A DNA stretch of 64,000 bases from a candidate division WOR-3 bacterium (GTDB taxonomy: Bacteria; Hydrothermota; Hydrothermia; WGAB01). Positions 44,326-53,121 of the stretch are shown here, piece after piece. Both the position numbers and the translations under genes were made by a program. A model generated the notes under the pieces. The model had not been told where the DNA came from, did no database searches, and worked only from the letters and a program-made list of their open reading frames with translations. Position 1 is the stretch's first letter; each line of letters opens with the position of its first letter. The stretch covers positions 2,024 through 66,023 of the forward strand of contig WFXO01000029.1 of assembly GCA_015490555.1 (NCBI GenBank), given 5' to 3'.

Positions 44326-46781
44326 CAGTTTTTCTTTCCCTATTCTTTGCTTTTGGCCTTGCCATCTTTTTTTTCGGGCTCCAAACCCTCTTTTTCTACC
44401 CCCTTTCTCTGTACTACGAGGTCTGGAAGAAGCGTTTTTATCGAAAACACCGGGACCCCTCCTTCTTCCCTCTTGTCTCCGTCCTGATTCCTGCATATAA
44501 CGAGGAGTCTACCATCCGGATGTGTGTCGAGTCCGTCTTATCGTCCGATTACCCATCCTTTGAGGTCATTGTCATTGATGACGGGTCTACCGATCGCACA
44601 GCCGAACGGATCCGGGATTATGTGGCTTCTGGGAAGATCCGATACATCTGGAAGCCCAATGGAGGTAAGGCCTCTGCATTAAATCGTGGCATCCAGGAAG
44701 CACAGGGAGAGATCATTGTATACACCGATGCCGACTCCCTGTTTCGGCCAGACACCTTACAAAAACTCGTGCGTTGGTTTGTTTCCCCCAGGATCGACGC
44801 AGTGTGCGGAAATGATACCCCGATCCATCCCACTTCAGCACTTCAGAAGTTGCTGACCATCACGACCCATATTGGAACAGGTTTCGTAAGGCGTGCGCTT
44901 TCTGTTTTGAACGTCCTGCCCATCATCTCTGGGAATTCGGGCGCTGTTCGTAAGGATCTGTTGGAGAAAGTTGGAGGGTTTACGGAGATCTGGGGGGAGG
45001 ATCTGGACCTCACCTTTAAGTTACATAAGGCACGGGCCCGGATCGTTTTTGACCCCGAGGCACTGGTGATTTCCGAAACTCCGAAGAACCTATCGACGCT
45101 CTGGAAACAACGGGTCCGATGGATGCGAAGTTTTTTGAAAATCTGTGGACTCCACAAAGATCTCTTTTTCAATCCACGATATTTTCCATTTTCTTTTTAT
45201 CTCCCCATTAACTGGGTCAACATGGTCGTTGTCCCGGTATTCCAACTGATGGCGTTTGTTCTCCTTCCACTGGCCATCCACTTGGGAGTGTATCGTTGGG
45301 GAGGCCTTGTCGATGTCATCGCATACTTAGGGTTCGGCCTCTTCCTGGTCGTCTCCGTTTACAGCACTCTCCTGGACCGTGCATTTGGACATCTCAAATA
45401 TATTCCGCTCTACGGGTGGCTTATGATCCCCTTGTCGTATTTCTATAACGCGGTGTTGGTATACTCCATTTACAAAGAGATTCGAGGTGCGGAGGAGCGA
45501 TGGGAGAAAATTACCCGTCGGGAACTGGAGCAACTTGGAGAGACCCGGGCCATCCCTTTCTGGCATCGCCGATGGACGTGGGCAATTGGTGGAACCACAG
45601 TCCTTTTCCTCTTCCTGGCCCTTGGGCTTATGCTCCGTCGTCATCACTCTGCCGTTGCCCTTCCTCCGTCAGGGGCTCAGGTCCCCCCTGTCTTTGCGAT
45701 TGCAACCCACTTTGATGCTTGGCCAGATCCGGAACAAGCGATCCAGAGTGTTTTAAAACGACCGTATCAAGAGATCATCAACATGGTGGGGGTGAGTGCA
45801 GGCCGATATGAATGGAACAATTTCCGTTGGAAAGGCCATGAACAAACATGGAGTAACGACCAGAAGGCGGCACCGTACGATCTTTTAACACACGCGATTC
45901 AGAAGTTTCAAGCGCAAGGGAAAAAGGTCGTCGCGATTGTGGACTTTTATGCCCCAGCCTATCTCAAGGAACACCCCGAAGACGCCGCGGTGGGGGTGGA
46001 CGGCCGGGTCAGCACCGAACAGGTCTGTTTTACCGAACTCGTACGCGGAAAATATGGACGGCTTCTTGTCGAAATGATCACATACTTGGCCAAACATTAC
46101 GACCTGAAAGCCATCAGTCTAACAGAATTGGAATACCACCGGTTTTGTTATGATGAGCGGTGTCTGAAACTCTTTCAGGAGCGAACGGGAGAACGAGGGT
46201 GGCCGCGCACGTTCTTCCCCCGGAGAATCGATAAAGATCATCCCAAGATCGCCAGGTGGCGCTCTCAACTGATGTACGAATATCTTCGAGAAATCGCGGA
46301 TTCTGTACACAAGTACGGCAAAGACCTTTATGTCGATGTCCCGGTAGACTGGAAACGAATGGACCATGAAGGGATTGAGACCGGGCTCTACTATCCCTGG
46401 GTGCTTCGTGTTGCCGATGCGATTATCGTTTGGGATTATTTCTACTTGGAGAATCGCCCCCCCGAAACCTCTGAAGAAGTGGCGCGGTTTTTCACCGAGC
46501 GGTATGGTGCCACCCGTGTGATCCTCTCTTTAGGCCTGTGGGGGAAATCCCATCCCGTCTCTCCCGAGGAACTTGCGACCGCACTTTACCACTCTCTCCA
46601 AGGGGGAGCCCAGAAACTGTGGATCACCCCGAACCACTTGCTCACGCCGCAACACTGGCAACGAGTTCTCGAGGTGTTGGGGGTGTTGAAACCCAAGGAA
46701 GCGATGGAACTCCACCCTCAACGGGTCGAAGATTTTGGAAATGTTCGAGGGACGATCCCCCACCGTTTCAGGATCGGATAG
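44322..46781 (+). CDS. processive GT2 synthase (PgaC/IcaA-like) fused to a C-terminal glycoside-hydrolase-like (GHL10-like) domain
   Basis: IPAYNEE, DDGSTD, GKASALN, TDAD, SGNSG, GEDLDL, QRVRW and TM helices; about 360-aa soluble C-terminus with YLKEHPE, HYDLKAISLTELEY, CYD..C...F...TG, WR. ATG at 44322 overlaps the PIG-L stop. Confidence 0.85.
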   Translation: MTVFLSLFFAFGLAIFFFGLQTLFFYPLSLYYEVWKKRFYRKHRDPSFFPLVSVLIPAYNEESTIRMCVESVLSSDYPSFEVIVIDDGSTDRTAERIRDYVASGKIRYIWKPNGGKASALNRGIQEAQGEIIVYTDADSLFRPDTLQKLVRWFVSPRIDAVCGNDTPIHPTSALQKLLTITTHIGTGFVRRALSVLNVLPIISGNSGAVRKDLLEKVGGFTEIWGEDLDLTFKLHKARARIVFDPEALVISETPKNLSTLWKQRVRWMRSFLKICGLHKDLFFNPRYFPFSFYLPINWVNMVVVPVFQLMAFVLLPLAIHLGVYRWGGLVDVIAYLGFGLFLVVSVYSTLLDRAFGHLKYIPLYGWLMIPLSYFYNAVLVYSIYKEIRGAEERWEKITRRELEQLGETRAIPFWHRRWTWAIGGTTVLFLFLALGLMLRRHHSAVALPPSGAQVPPVFAIATHFDAWPDPEQAIQSVLKRPYQEIINMVGVSAGRYEWNNFRWKGHEQTWSNDQKAAPYDLLTHAIQKFQAQGKKVVAIVDFYAPAYLKEHPEDAAVGVDGRVSTEQVCFTELVRGKYGRLLVEMITYLAKHYDLKAISLTELEYHRFCYDERCLKLFQERTGERGWPRTFFPRRIDKDHPKIARWRSQLMYEYLREIADSVHKYGKDLYVDVPVDWKRMDHEGIETGLYYPWVLRVADAIIVWDYFYLENRPPETSEEVARFFTERYGATRVILSLGLWGKSHPVSPEELATALYHSLQGGAQKLWITPNHLLTPQHWQRVLEVLGVLKPKEAMELHPQRVEDFGNVRGTIPHRFRIG

Positions 46782-47305
46782 AGCCGCTCGATGGGGAGCC
46801 CGACCACATTAAGGTACGACCCCCGAATCCATGGGACAAAGAGTCCGGCAAACCCTTGAATCCCATAGGCACCCGCCTTGTCCCATGGATGATCCTGAGC
46901 CAGTAGCCACTCAATTTCTTCCGGGCCGAGAGCGGAAAATCGAACCTCCGTGATTTCTAAACCTTGCCGGAGTTCGCCCTCTGGAAATTTGAGCACGGTA
47001 TACCCCGTCACCACCTCATGAACCCGGCCAGAAAGCCGCCGTAAATATTCGGCCGCTTGTTCTTTAGAACGCGGTTTTCCCAAGGGTTCCCCCTCCAAAA
47101 ACACCACGGTATCGGCACTGAGGTAGACCCCAGGTTCGCAGACTTCTGGAATTTTTGATCGGGCTACGTGGATCGTATCTTCTGGATACCGGACGCGATC
47201 CTCCTCAGGCGCCGGATCGATCATGTCGAAATCATACCCGAATTTCTCCAGGATCTCTCTTCGCCTCGGAGAGCGAGAGACCAAAATCAGACGGTTAGGA
47301 TTCAT
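46718..47305 (-). CDS. maf: Maf/YhdE nucleoside triphosphate pyrophosphatase
   Basis: SRSPRRREIL, SADTVV, LGKP, LSGRVHEV, DKAGAYGIQG, NVVGLP. Confidence 0.93.
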   Translation of the reverse strand: MNPNRLILVSRSPRRREILEKFGYDFDMIDPAPEEDRVRYPEDTIHVARSKIPEVCEPGVYLSADTVVFLEGEPLGKPRSKEQAAEYLRRLSGRVHEVVTGYTVLKFPEGELRQGLEITEVRFSALGPEEIEWLLAQDHPWDKAGAYGIQGFAGLFVPWIRGSYLNVVGLPIERLYPILKRWGIVPRTFPKSSTR

Positions 47306-48359
47306 GGGCCTCGGCTTGAAGTTTCGCTCGGATGTAACTTGCGCGCTTCTGGTCCCTCTCCCGGGGATCGAGATCTTGTCCGAACAGTTTTTGGATATGA
47401 GCAGGTTGCGAGAACAACAAGAGTTCGTTGAGGGTCCGAATTTTCAGATCCAGATAATAGCCCAATCCAACGGCCAGACGCAGGAAGGAAACCAGTTGAG
47501 CGGTCTCATCGAACGAAATCAACCGTGCATGTTCCAAGGTGGCTCGAGCCCGCTCGATGCGATCCATAAGGACGTCCTTCAACTTTCCCGTCAAGATCTT
47601 CCTCGCCTTCCGTTCGCTCTCCAGAATCTCATCCACGGTTGCTTGAAATCGCTCCAACAGTTCTTCCTCCGTCACCCCTAACGTCTCCTGAGTATAGATC
47701 TGGAAGATATTGCCGTAAAAATCGCTCCCCTCTCCGTAGAGGCCACGGATTCCAACTCTCCGCTTAACCAATGTCTTTAACAGAGGATCCACATGTTTGG
47801 TCAACACAATCCCGGGCAAATGCGCCAGGATCGAAAGGCGCAGTCCCAAGCCAGTATTCGTAGGACAAGAGGTCAAGTACCCGAACTCCGGGTGAAAGGC
47901 ATAGGGCCAAAGGAGCCCCAACTTTCGATCGATGTCTAAAACTCTCTGAAAGACTTCACGGAGCGCAAGTCCGGAGGCCATGACTTGAATTCGCAGGTGG
48001 TCTTCCTCATTGATCAACACAGAGATCGTTTCATCTTCGGTGTAGATCAACCCCGCAGTATCTGCATACTTCAATAGATCGCGTGTCATGAGATGCCGTT
48101 CGATGAGGAATTGTCGGTCCAGTTCAGAGAGATCTCTCACTGCAACAAATGTGGCATCTTGAAACAGAGGGATCATGCGAATTCGGTCCCGAACGATCTC
48201 CAAGACCCGCTGTCGTTCGTCTTCATCCAACTGAGAGGGGAAGTGGAATGCTCGGAGGTTGCGGGCAAGACGTGCCCGTGAACTGATCACGAGTTCCGGA
48301 TACTCGCCTTCCCCGGAAAGCCAAGCAGGGGTTTGTTCAATTAAGGATTGGATTCCCAT
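47295..48359 (-). CDS. mcsB: protein arginine kinase
   Basis: SSRARLARNL, LIERHL, INEEDHLRIQ, GYLTSCPTNTG.GLR.S...HLP, RGLYGEGS, QPAH.Q, R...RA. Confidence 0.95.
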   Translation of the reverse strand: MGIQSLIEQTPAWLSGEGEYPELVISSRARLARNLRAFHFPSQLDEDERQRVLEIVRDRIRMIPLFQDATFVAVRDLSELDRQFLIERHLMTRDLLKYADTAGLIYTEDETISVLINEEDHLRIQVMASGLALREVFQRVLDIDRKLGLLWPYAFHPEFGYLTSCPTNTGLGLRLSILAHLPGIVLTKHVDPLLKTLVKRRVGIRGLYGEGSDFYGNIFQIYTQETLGVTEEELLERFQATVDEILESERKARKILTGKLKDVLMDRIERARATLEHARLISFDETAQLVSFLRLAVGLGYYLDLKIRTLNELLLFSQPAHIQKLFGQDLDPRERDQKRASYIRAKLQAEAHES

Positions 48360-48877
48360 CCCAGTTCTTTCAGAATCTCTTGGATTCGATCTCGAATCTC
48401 CGCTGCTTTTTCAAACTGTTCCTGTGCAATGAAAACCTCCAACTGGCTTTCCAATTTGGCTTTCTCTTTGAGGAGTCGGTACGCTTTTCGATTTCGGCGA
48501 TACCGTTGTCCTCGATATGTAGCGGTCCCATGGAGATCCTTAAAGAGCACCTCTAAGTTTTCTCTGAACGCCTTATAACAATCGGCACAGCCGAAACGCA
48601 TGGTCTTAAGGAACGTTTCGTAAGAAAGGCCACAGGAAGGACAAACGAGTTCTCGAATGATCCGTTTTGTTTGTGGTTGGACACCGCCTTCTTCTTCCCC
48701 CGGGGTAAAAATCGCTTCTGTCTCCGTGGGTTCTCCTTCGGTGACTAAGGGTTGGGGGATCGCCAGGGCTACTTCTTCAGCGCATATTTCGCAAAGTCGG
48801 AGTACTTTTCGCCGTCCGTCGATCACCTCAACGAGTTTCACGGTGGCCTCTTTCAAGCCACACTTCTCACACAGCAT
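48341..48877 (-). CDS. mcsA: McsA activator (CxxC motifs + UVR domain)
   Basis: CEKC, CEIC, CPSCG, GCADCY, HG...Y.G, EQFEKAAEIRDRI; start MLCEKC at 48877. Confidence 0.92.
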   Translation of the reverse strand: MLCEKCGLKEATVKLVEVIDGRRKVLRLCEICAEEVALAIPQPLVTEGEPTETEAIFTPGEEEGGVQPQTKRIIRELVCPSCGLSYETFLKTMRFGCADCYKAFRENLEVLFKDLHGTATYRGQRYRRNRKAYRLLKEKAKLESQLEVFIAQEQFEKAAEIRDRIQEILKELGWESNP

Positions 48878-50762
48878 GGATTCGTCCTTGAAGGAAATTG
48901 TGGATCCGTTCTGACATCCCTTCCACATCCAAGCCCATCTGTCTCAAGAGGATACCTCGATCCCCGTGTTCCACGAAGTAATCCGGCAATCCGAAACGCA
49001 GCACCGGCAACTGAACTCCTAACTCATGAAGTACTTCCAAGATCCCGGCTCCGAATCCACCGATCAGGACATTTTCTTCCATCGTCACAAATCTCGAGAC
49101 ACCCTGCCGAAGCAAGGTCTTCAACAAAGCAATGTCCATGGGCTTTACGAACCGTGCATTGACCACCCCGATCTGGAATCCCTCTTTCTCGAGGAGATCT
49201 GCAACCTGTAGGGCGGGATAGACCATCGAGCCAACGGCCAAAATGTACGCATCCTTTCCATCTCGTAAAGTTTCCCAGGACCCAATGGGGATCTCGTGGA
49301 GGTTTTTCGGTAAGGGAACACCCCAGCCAGCCCCCCGAGGATACCGAAACGCGATGGGCCCTTGATGGTAACGATAGGCCGTATAAATCATGTGGCAGAG
49401 TTCGGCTTCGTCCTTCGGCGCCATAATAACCATGTTAGGGATCAAGCGCAAATAGGACAGGTCAAAAGCGCCGTGATGCGTGGGTCCATCGGCGCCGACC
49501 AGCCCCGCCCGGTCTAAAGCGAAACGAACGGGCAGATTTTGAAGAGCAATATCGTGGATAATCTGGTCGAAGGCGCGTTGTAAAAATGTCGAATAAATGG
49601 CTACAAATGGGATCATCCCTTGAACCGCAAGGCCTCCAGCGAAGGTCACAGCATGTTGTTCAGCAATTCCGACATCAAAGTACTGTTTCGGAAGGGCTTC
49701 TCTCAAATATTTCAAACCCGTGCCCGAAGGCATCGCCGCCGTGATGCCCACGACCCGCTCGTCCTCTTGTGCGATCCGCAGAAGTGTTTTCCCAAAGACT
49801 TCCGTATAAGAGGGAGGCCCTTTTTTCTTCTTTGGTTGTCCACTCTCCAATTCAAAAGGTCCTAAGCCGTGGAAGACTTCTTGATTGCGTTCTGCAGGGG
49901 GATATCCCTTCCCTTTCACCGTGATGGTATGGAGCAAAACGGGACCCCGAACCTGTTTTAAGTTCTGGAGATGGTGGATCAGGGTCGGGAGATCGTGTCC
50001 ATTGATCGGACCGACATAATGGATCCCCATCTCCTCAAAGAGGATCGTTGGGACCATCAAGTTTTCAAGAGACTCCCGGATCTTCCGGGCCAGCATCCGG
50101 GCTCTGTCCGTCAGACTTCGAGAAGGAAGGCGTCCCAGGAGTTCCCAGACGTCATCTTTAATCCGATGGTAAAACGGGGAGGACTTGAGTTTCGCCAGGT
50201 AGTCGGAGATGGCCCCCACATTTTCTGCGATCGACATCTCATTGTCATTCAAAACAATGATCAAATCGGTTTTGAGTTGCCCGATATTGTTTAGGGCTTC
50301 ATAGGCCATGCCCCCTGTGAGTCCACCGTCTCCGATCACTGCGATGACATGGAACCTTTGACCCAGCCGGTCTCGTGCAATGGCAATCCCCAGAGCAGCA
50401 GATAAAGAGGTAGAGGCATGTCCGGCTCCAAAAATATCATGGGGGCTTTCATCTCGCCGGAGAAACCCCGAGAGTCCTCCGAATTTTCGGATGGTGGGCA
50501 ATTGATCTCGGCGTCCGGTCAAGATCTTATGGGGGTATGCCTGGTGCCCGACATCGAAAATGATTTTGTCCCGGGGAGAATCAAAGACGTAGTGGAGGGC
50601 AATCTCCAGTTCTACCGCACCCAGGTTTCCACCCAGATGGCCCCCTTTCTCGGAGACTACTTCTAACATGTAGGCACGGATCTCCTCCGCCAACCGTTCC
50701 AGTTGGGGAAGGGTCAACTTCTTGAGATCTTTTGGACTATTGACTCTTTTGAGGAGTTGCAT
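48867..50762 (-). CDS. dxs: 1-deoxy-D-xylulose-5-phosphate synthase
   Basis: GGHLG, DVGHQAYPHKILTGR, GDGGLTGGMAYEALNN, DVGIAEQHA, DRAGLVGADGPTH. Confidence 0.98.
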   Translation of the reverse strand: MQLLKRVNSPKDLKKLTLPQLERLAEEIRAYMLEVVSEKGGHLGGNLGAVELEIALHYVFDSPRDKIIFDVGHQAYPHKILTGRRDQLPTIRKFGGLSGFLRRDESPHDIFGAGHASTSLSAALGIAIARDRLGQRFHVIAVIGDGGLTGGMAYEALNNIGQLKTDLIIVLNDNEMSIAENVGAISDYLAKLKSSPFYHRIKDDVWELLGRLPSRSLTDRARMLARKIRESLENLMVPTILFEEMGIHYVGPINGHDLPTLIHHLQNLKQVRGPVLLHTITVKGKGYPPAERNQEVFHGLGPFELESGQPKKKKGPPSYTEVFGKTLLRIAQEDERVVGITAAMPSGTGLKYLREALPKQYFDVGIAEQHAVTFAGGLAVQGMIPFVAIYSTFLQRAFDQIIHDIALQNLPVRFALDRAGLVGADGPTHHGAFDLSYLRLIPNMVIMAPKDEAELCHMIYTAYRYHQGPIAFRYPRGAGWGVPLPKNLHEIPIGSWETLRDGKDAYILAVGSMVYPALQVADLLEKEGFQIGVVNARFVKPMDIALLKTLLRQGVSRFVTMEENVLIGGFGAGILEVLHELGVQLPVLRFGLPDYFVEHGDRGILLRQMGLDVEGMSERIHNFLQGRIHAV

Positions 50763-50842
50763 AACATCGAGGAATTATACGCAGTGGCCTTTCCCTTTGC
50801 AATGGAAGCACTCCCTTGCGCTCGATGTTCCACCAGGAGTCG

Positions 50843-51655
50843 CTACCCACCAATTTGGATGGGAGAAAGGAGGTCCCGGATGGTTCGGACAGCACTGAGG
50901 GCAGCGAGGTAACTCGTTTTGGGATTCAAAGGAAAGGGTTTGTTCCGAACCTTCATTTGCAAGCAGCCGACTTCCCCGTCGACAAAGAGTTCATGGACAT
51001 TCTCACGGGATGTAGGGTCGACCTGGACCCGGACGACGGGCTCGATTTTCCCTTCCAAGGCCAGAGTAAAAGCCATGGCAACATTGGTATTGCGAGGGAA
51101 TGCTTGGACAACTTCAAAAGGACTGCCTTCAAAGATCTGGGTTACACTTGAGTAACGGAAGAGATCCATGTCATGTTCCTGAACGTAGGGAGCATCCTGG
51201 AGAGAATCTGGGGGCTTGGTGGTGGTCAAAATGGCTTTGTAGATGGGCCGCTCGGCTAAGGCCCGGACAGCATCTAAGCCGGCAATCGCGCCTGTGGGCA
51301 CCAATATTCTCGCTCGATTCGCACGAGCCTGTTCAACACATTGATAAAAGAGGTCCCGATCTGCAAAGGCACCCGTGCTCAGGATCATCAGACTGATCCC
51401 CTCTCGCAGGAGGGGTTCGGCGAATGCGCGCACGGCCCCCTGTGAAGCGGCTTCAATGACAAAATCGGGGCGTGCCTCTAAAAGATCCTCCAGATGGTCT
51501 GTGATCCGGACGCTTTCTGGAAGGCTCCGGGCAGCCTTCGCTTTCGCTTGCTCAGAGGTGTCCATCACTGCCACCCACTCCAGAGATGGATCATCCTGGA
51601 GGCTCTGGATCAAGGTTTGGCCAATGGTGCCGAATCCGATTAAGCCAAGACGCAT
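50843..51655 (-). CDS. nadX: L-aspartate dehydrogenase
   Basis: GLIGFGTIG, EAAS, STGAF, GAIAGLD, TTKPP, FP.NTNVA, NVHE, NPKTSYLAALS. Confidence 0.92.
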   Translation of the reverse strand: MRLGLIGFGTIGQTLIQSLQDDPSLEWVAVMDTSEQAKAKAARSLPESVRITDHLEDLLEARPDFVIEAASQGAVRAFAEPLLREGISLMILSTGAFADRDLFYQCVEQARANRARILVPTGAIAGLDAVRALAERPIYKAILTTTKPPDSLQDAPYVQEHDMDLFRYSSVTQIFEGSPFEVVQAFPRNTNVAMAFTLALEGKIEPVVRVQVDPTSRENVHELFVDGEVGCLQMKVRNKPFPLNPKTSYLAALSAVRTIRDLLSPIQIGG

Positions 51656-51659
51656 CCTC

Positions 51660-52190
51660 TTACTCCTCTAAAGCGTAATCTTGCCAAAGCACAATGTACC
51701 AGAGCCCGTCCGAAGGTCGCTTCCGCAAAACAAACAAGGCTCTCCCTTCTACCAGATCAATATCCGGCGGCGAAGGATCCAAAGAGAGGATGTAATCGTA
51801 TAACGCGGTAGCTCGGGTTCCTGTGGAATCGTACTGTAGCCCTCGAGAGAAGAGGGTCAACTGGATGCTATTCACGGCATCAAACAGTTCCTCCGTGGCA
51901 ATACGCTCTTGGCTATAGCCCCACACCAGGCTATCCAGCCCCCAATACTCCCGGAGGATCTCCGCGATACTATCTTCCTGGGAGTCAAAATAAAACTTGA
52001 AGGAATCTGGATCCAGGCAGGAAAGATAGGCTTCCAGATCCTTGGCAATATACGCAGTTTGGAGGTTTTGAATGACCTGTTCTGGCTGTGTAGGCAAAGG
52101 ATATGCCGGTCCTTCTACACTGGGAGGATGGAAAGGATTCCAACACCCCAGGAGAAGGAGCCAGGTGAGCCAGACCAGCCGAAAACGCAC
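51660..52190 (-). CDS. hypothetical lipoprotein (possible NTF2/SnoaL-like fold)
   Basis: Lipobox LLGC followed by WNPF; P..VI.NL..AY...D...Y...L...F.F; C-terminal WYIV.W.D. Confidence 0.65.
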   Translation of the reverse strand: MRFRLVWLTWLLLLGCWNPFHPPSVEGPAYPLPTQPEQVIQNLQTAYIAKDLEAYLSCLDPDSFKFYFDSQEDSIAEILREYWGLDSLVWGYSQERIATEELFDAVNSIQLTLFSRGLQYDSTGTRATALYDYILSLDPSPPDIDLVEGRALFVLRKRPSDGLWYIVLWQDYALEE

Positions 52191-52194
52191 GGGA

Positions 52195-52446
52195 TTACGC
52201 GGGGAATACCGAGACGTAAACCCGACCGCGGCGTCGGGTAAATTTCACGACCCCGTCAATCAAAGCAAAAAGGGTATCGTCACTCCCTTTGCCTACGTTA
52301 TAGCCGGGGTGGAACTTGGTCCCCCGCTGGCGAACCAAAATATGGCCGGCAAGGACCCATTGTCCATCCGAACGTTTCACCCCCAGCCGTTTCGAAATGG
52401 AGTCCCGGCCATTCTTCGTACTGCCCATACCCTTTTTATGGGCCAT
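52195..52446 (-). CDS. rpmA: 50S ribosomal protein L27
   Basis: [22 protein letters not shown]...[28 protein letters not shown]. Confidence 0.98.
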   Translation of the reverse strand: MAHKKGMGSTKNGRDSISKRLGVKRSDGQWVLAGHILVRQRGTKFHPGYNVGKGSDDTLFALIDGVVKFTRRRGRVYVSVFPA

Positions 52447-52452
52447 GACTGT

Positions 52453-53067
52453 TCACCTCCCTTTTAATCGCTTCATGCGAAACTTATCTTCTCGTTCCCG
52501 ATCTTCTAAGACCTGACGGATGAAAGCCACTTGACTCTTCAACTCCGGGATCAATTTTTGTTCCAAGGCATTCACACGGCGGGTCGTCTTTTTAATCTCT
52601 GCGCCTAACTTTTTTAAGCGGATCTCGCGCGGTGCCATCTTCAGGATGAGGTCCAGCACCTTTTCAAAGGCTTCTGTGGTCATATCGACCCGTGCGGAGA
52701 CTGAAAACGGAGAATACCCGCGGGTCATAGGGCTCCGGACCATATTTTGGGCCTCAATCTCTGGCAATTTCACACCCCAGATTTTCCGTTCCTCTATCCG
52801 GATCGCCGGTTGTTTCGGAGATGCCAAGGCCAAAGACGCCAGGGTCTCTGGACCATCGACCCCCATTGCTTTGGCCAAAAAGACCAGCGCCTCTCTCAAC
52901 TGCCGATCCAGCGCCCGCCGATCTTCCAGTAAGGGCTTGAGAAGCCCCATAAACTCCGCCATTAAGGCATCCCGCTTGTTTTTCAACAACGATGCTCCTT
53001 GCTGCGCAATCTTTATCTGGCGGCGCTTAATCAGAAGATTCATGCGTGTGGGACTGACCTGTTCCAT
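52453..53067 (-). CDS. ntpD: V/A-type ATP synthase subunit D
   Basis: PTRMNL, G..LLK.KRDAL..EF, EIKKT.RRVNALE...IP, LE.RERE...R.K. Confidence 0.95.
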   Translation of the reverse strand: MEQVSPTRMNLLIKRRQIKIAQQGASLLKNKRDALMAEFMGLLKPLLEDRRALDRQLREALVFLAKAMGVDGPETLASLALASPKQPAIRIEERKIWGVKLPEIEAQNMVRSPMTRGYSPFSVSARVDMTTEAFEKVLDLILKMAPREIRLKKLGAEIKKTTRRVNALEQKLIPELKSQVAFIRQVLEDREREDKFRMKRLKGR

Positions 53068-53121
53068 AGGCTCTTAAGGTAAAGTGAGGTCCCGGAAATG
53101 TCAACTCAAATCGCTGGGATC

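Noticed and set aside
31735..46781. Genomic island integrated at tRNA-Pro
   Set aside because: The accessory genes lie on the 5' side of the tRNA, and I found no integrase and no duplicated tRNA 3' end. The sequence looks somewhat more AT-rich, but so do housekeeping genes further right.
46718..46781. 64-nt convergent overlap of the GT2 fusion and maf 3' ends
   Set aside because: Most simply a stop-codon run-on in a compact genome; the tail residues look non-conserved.
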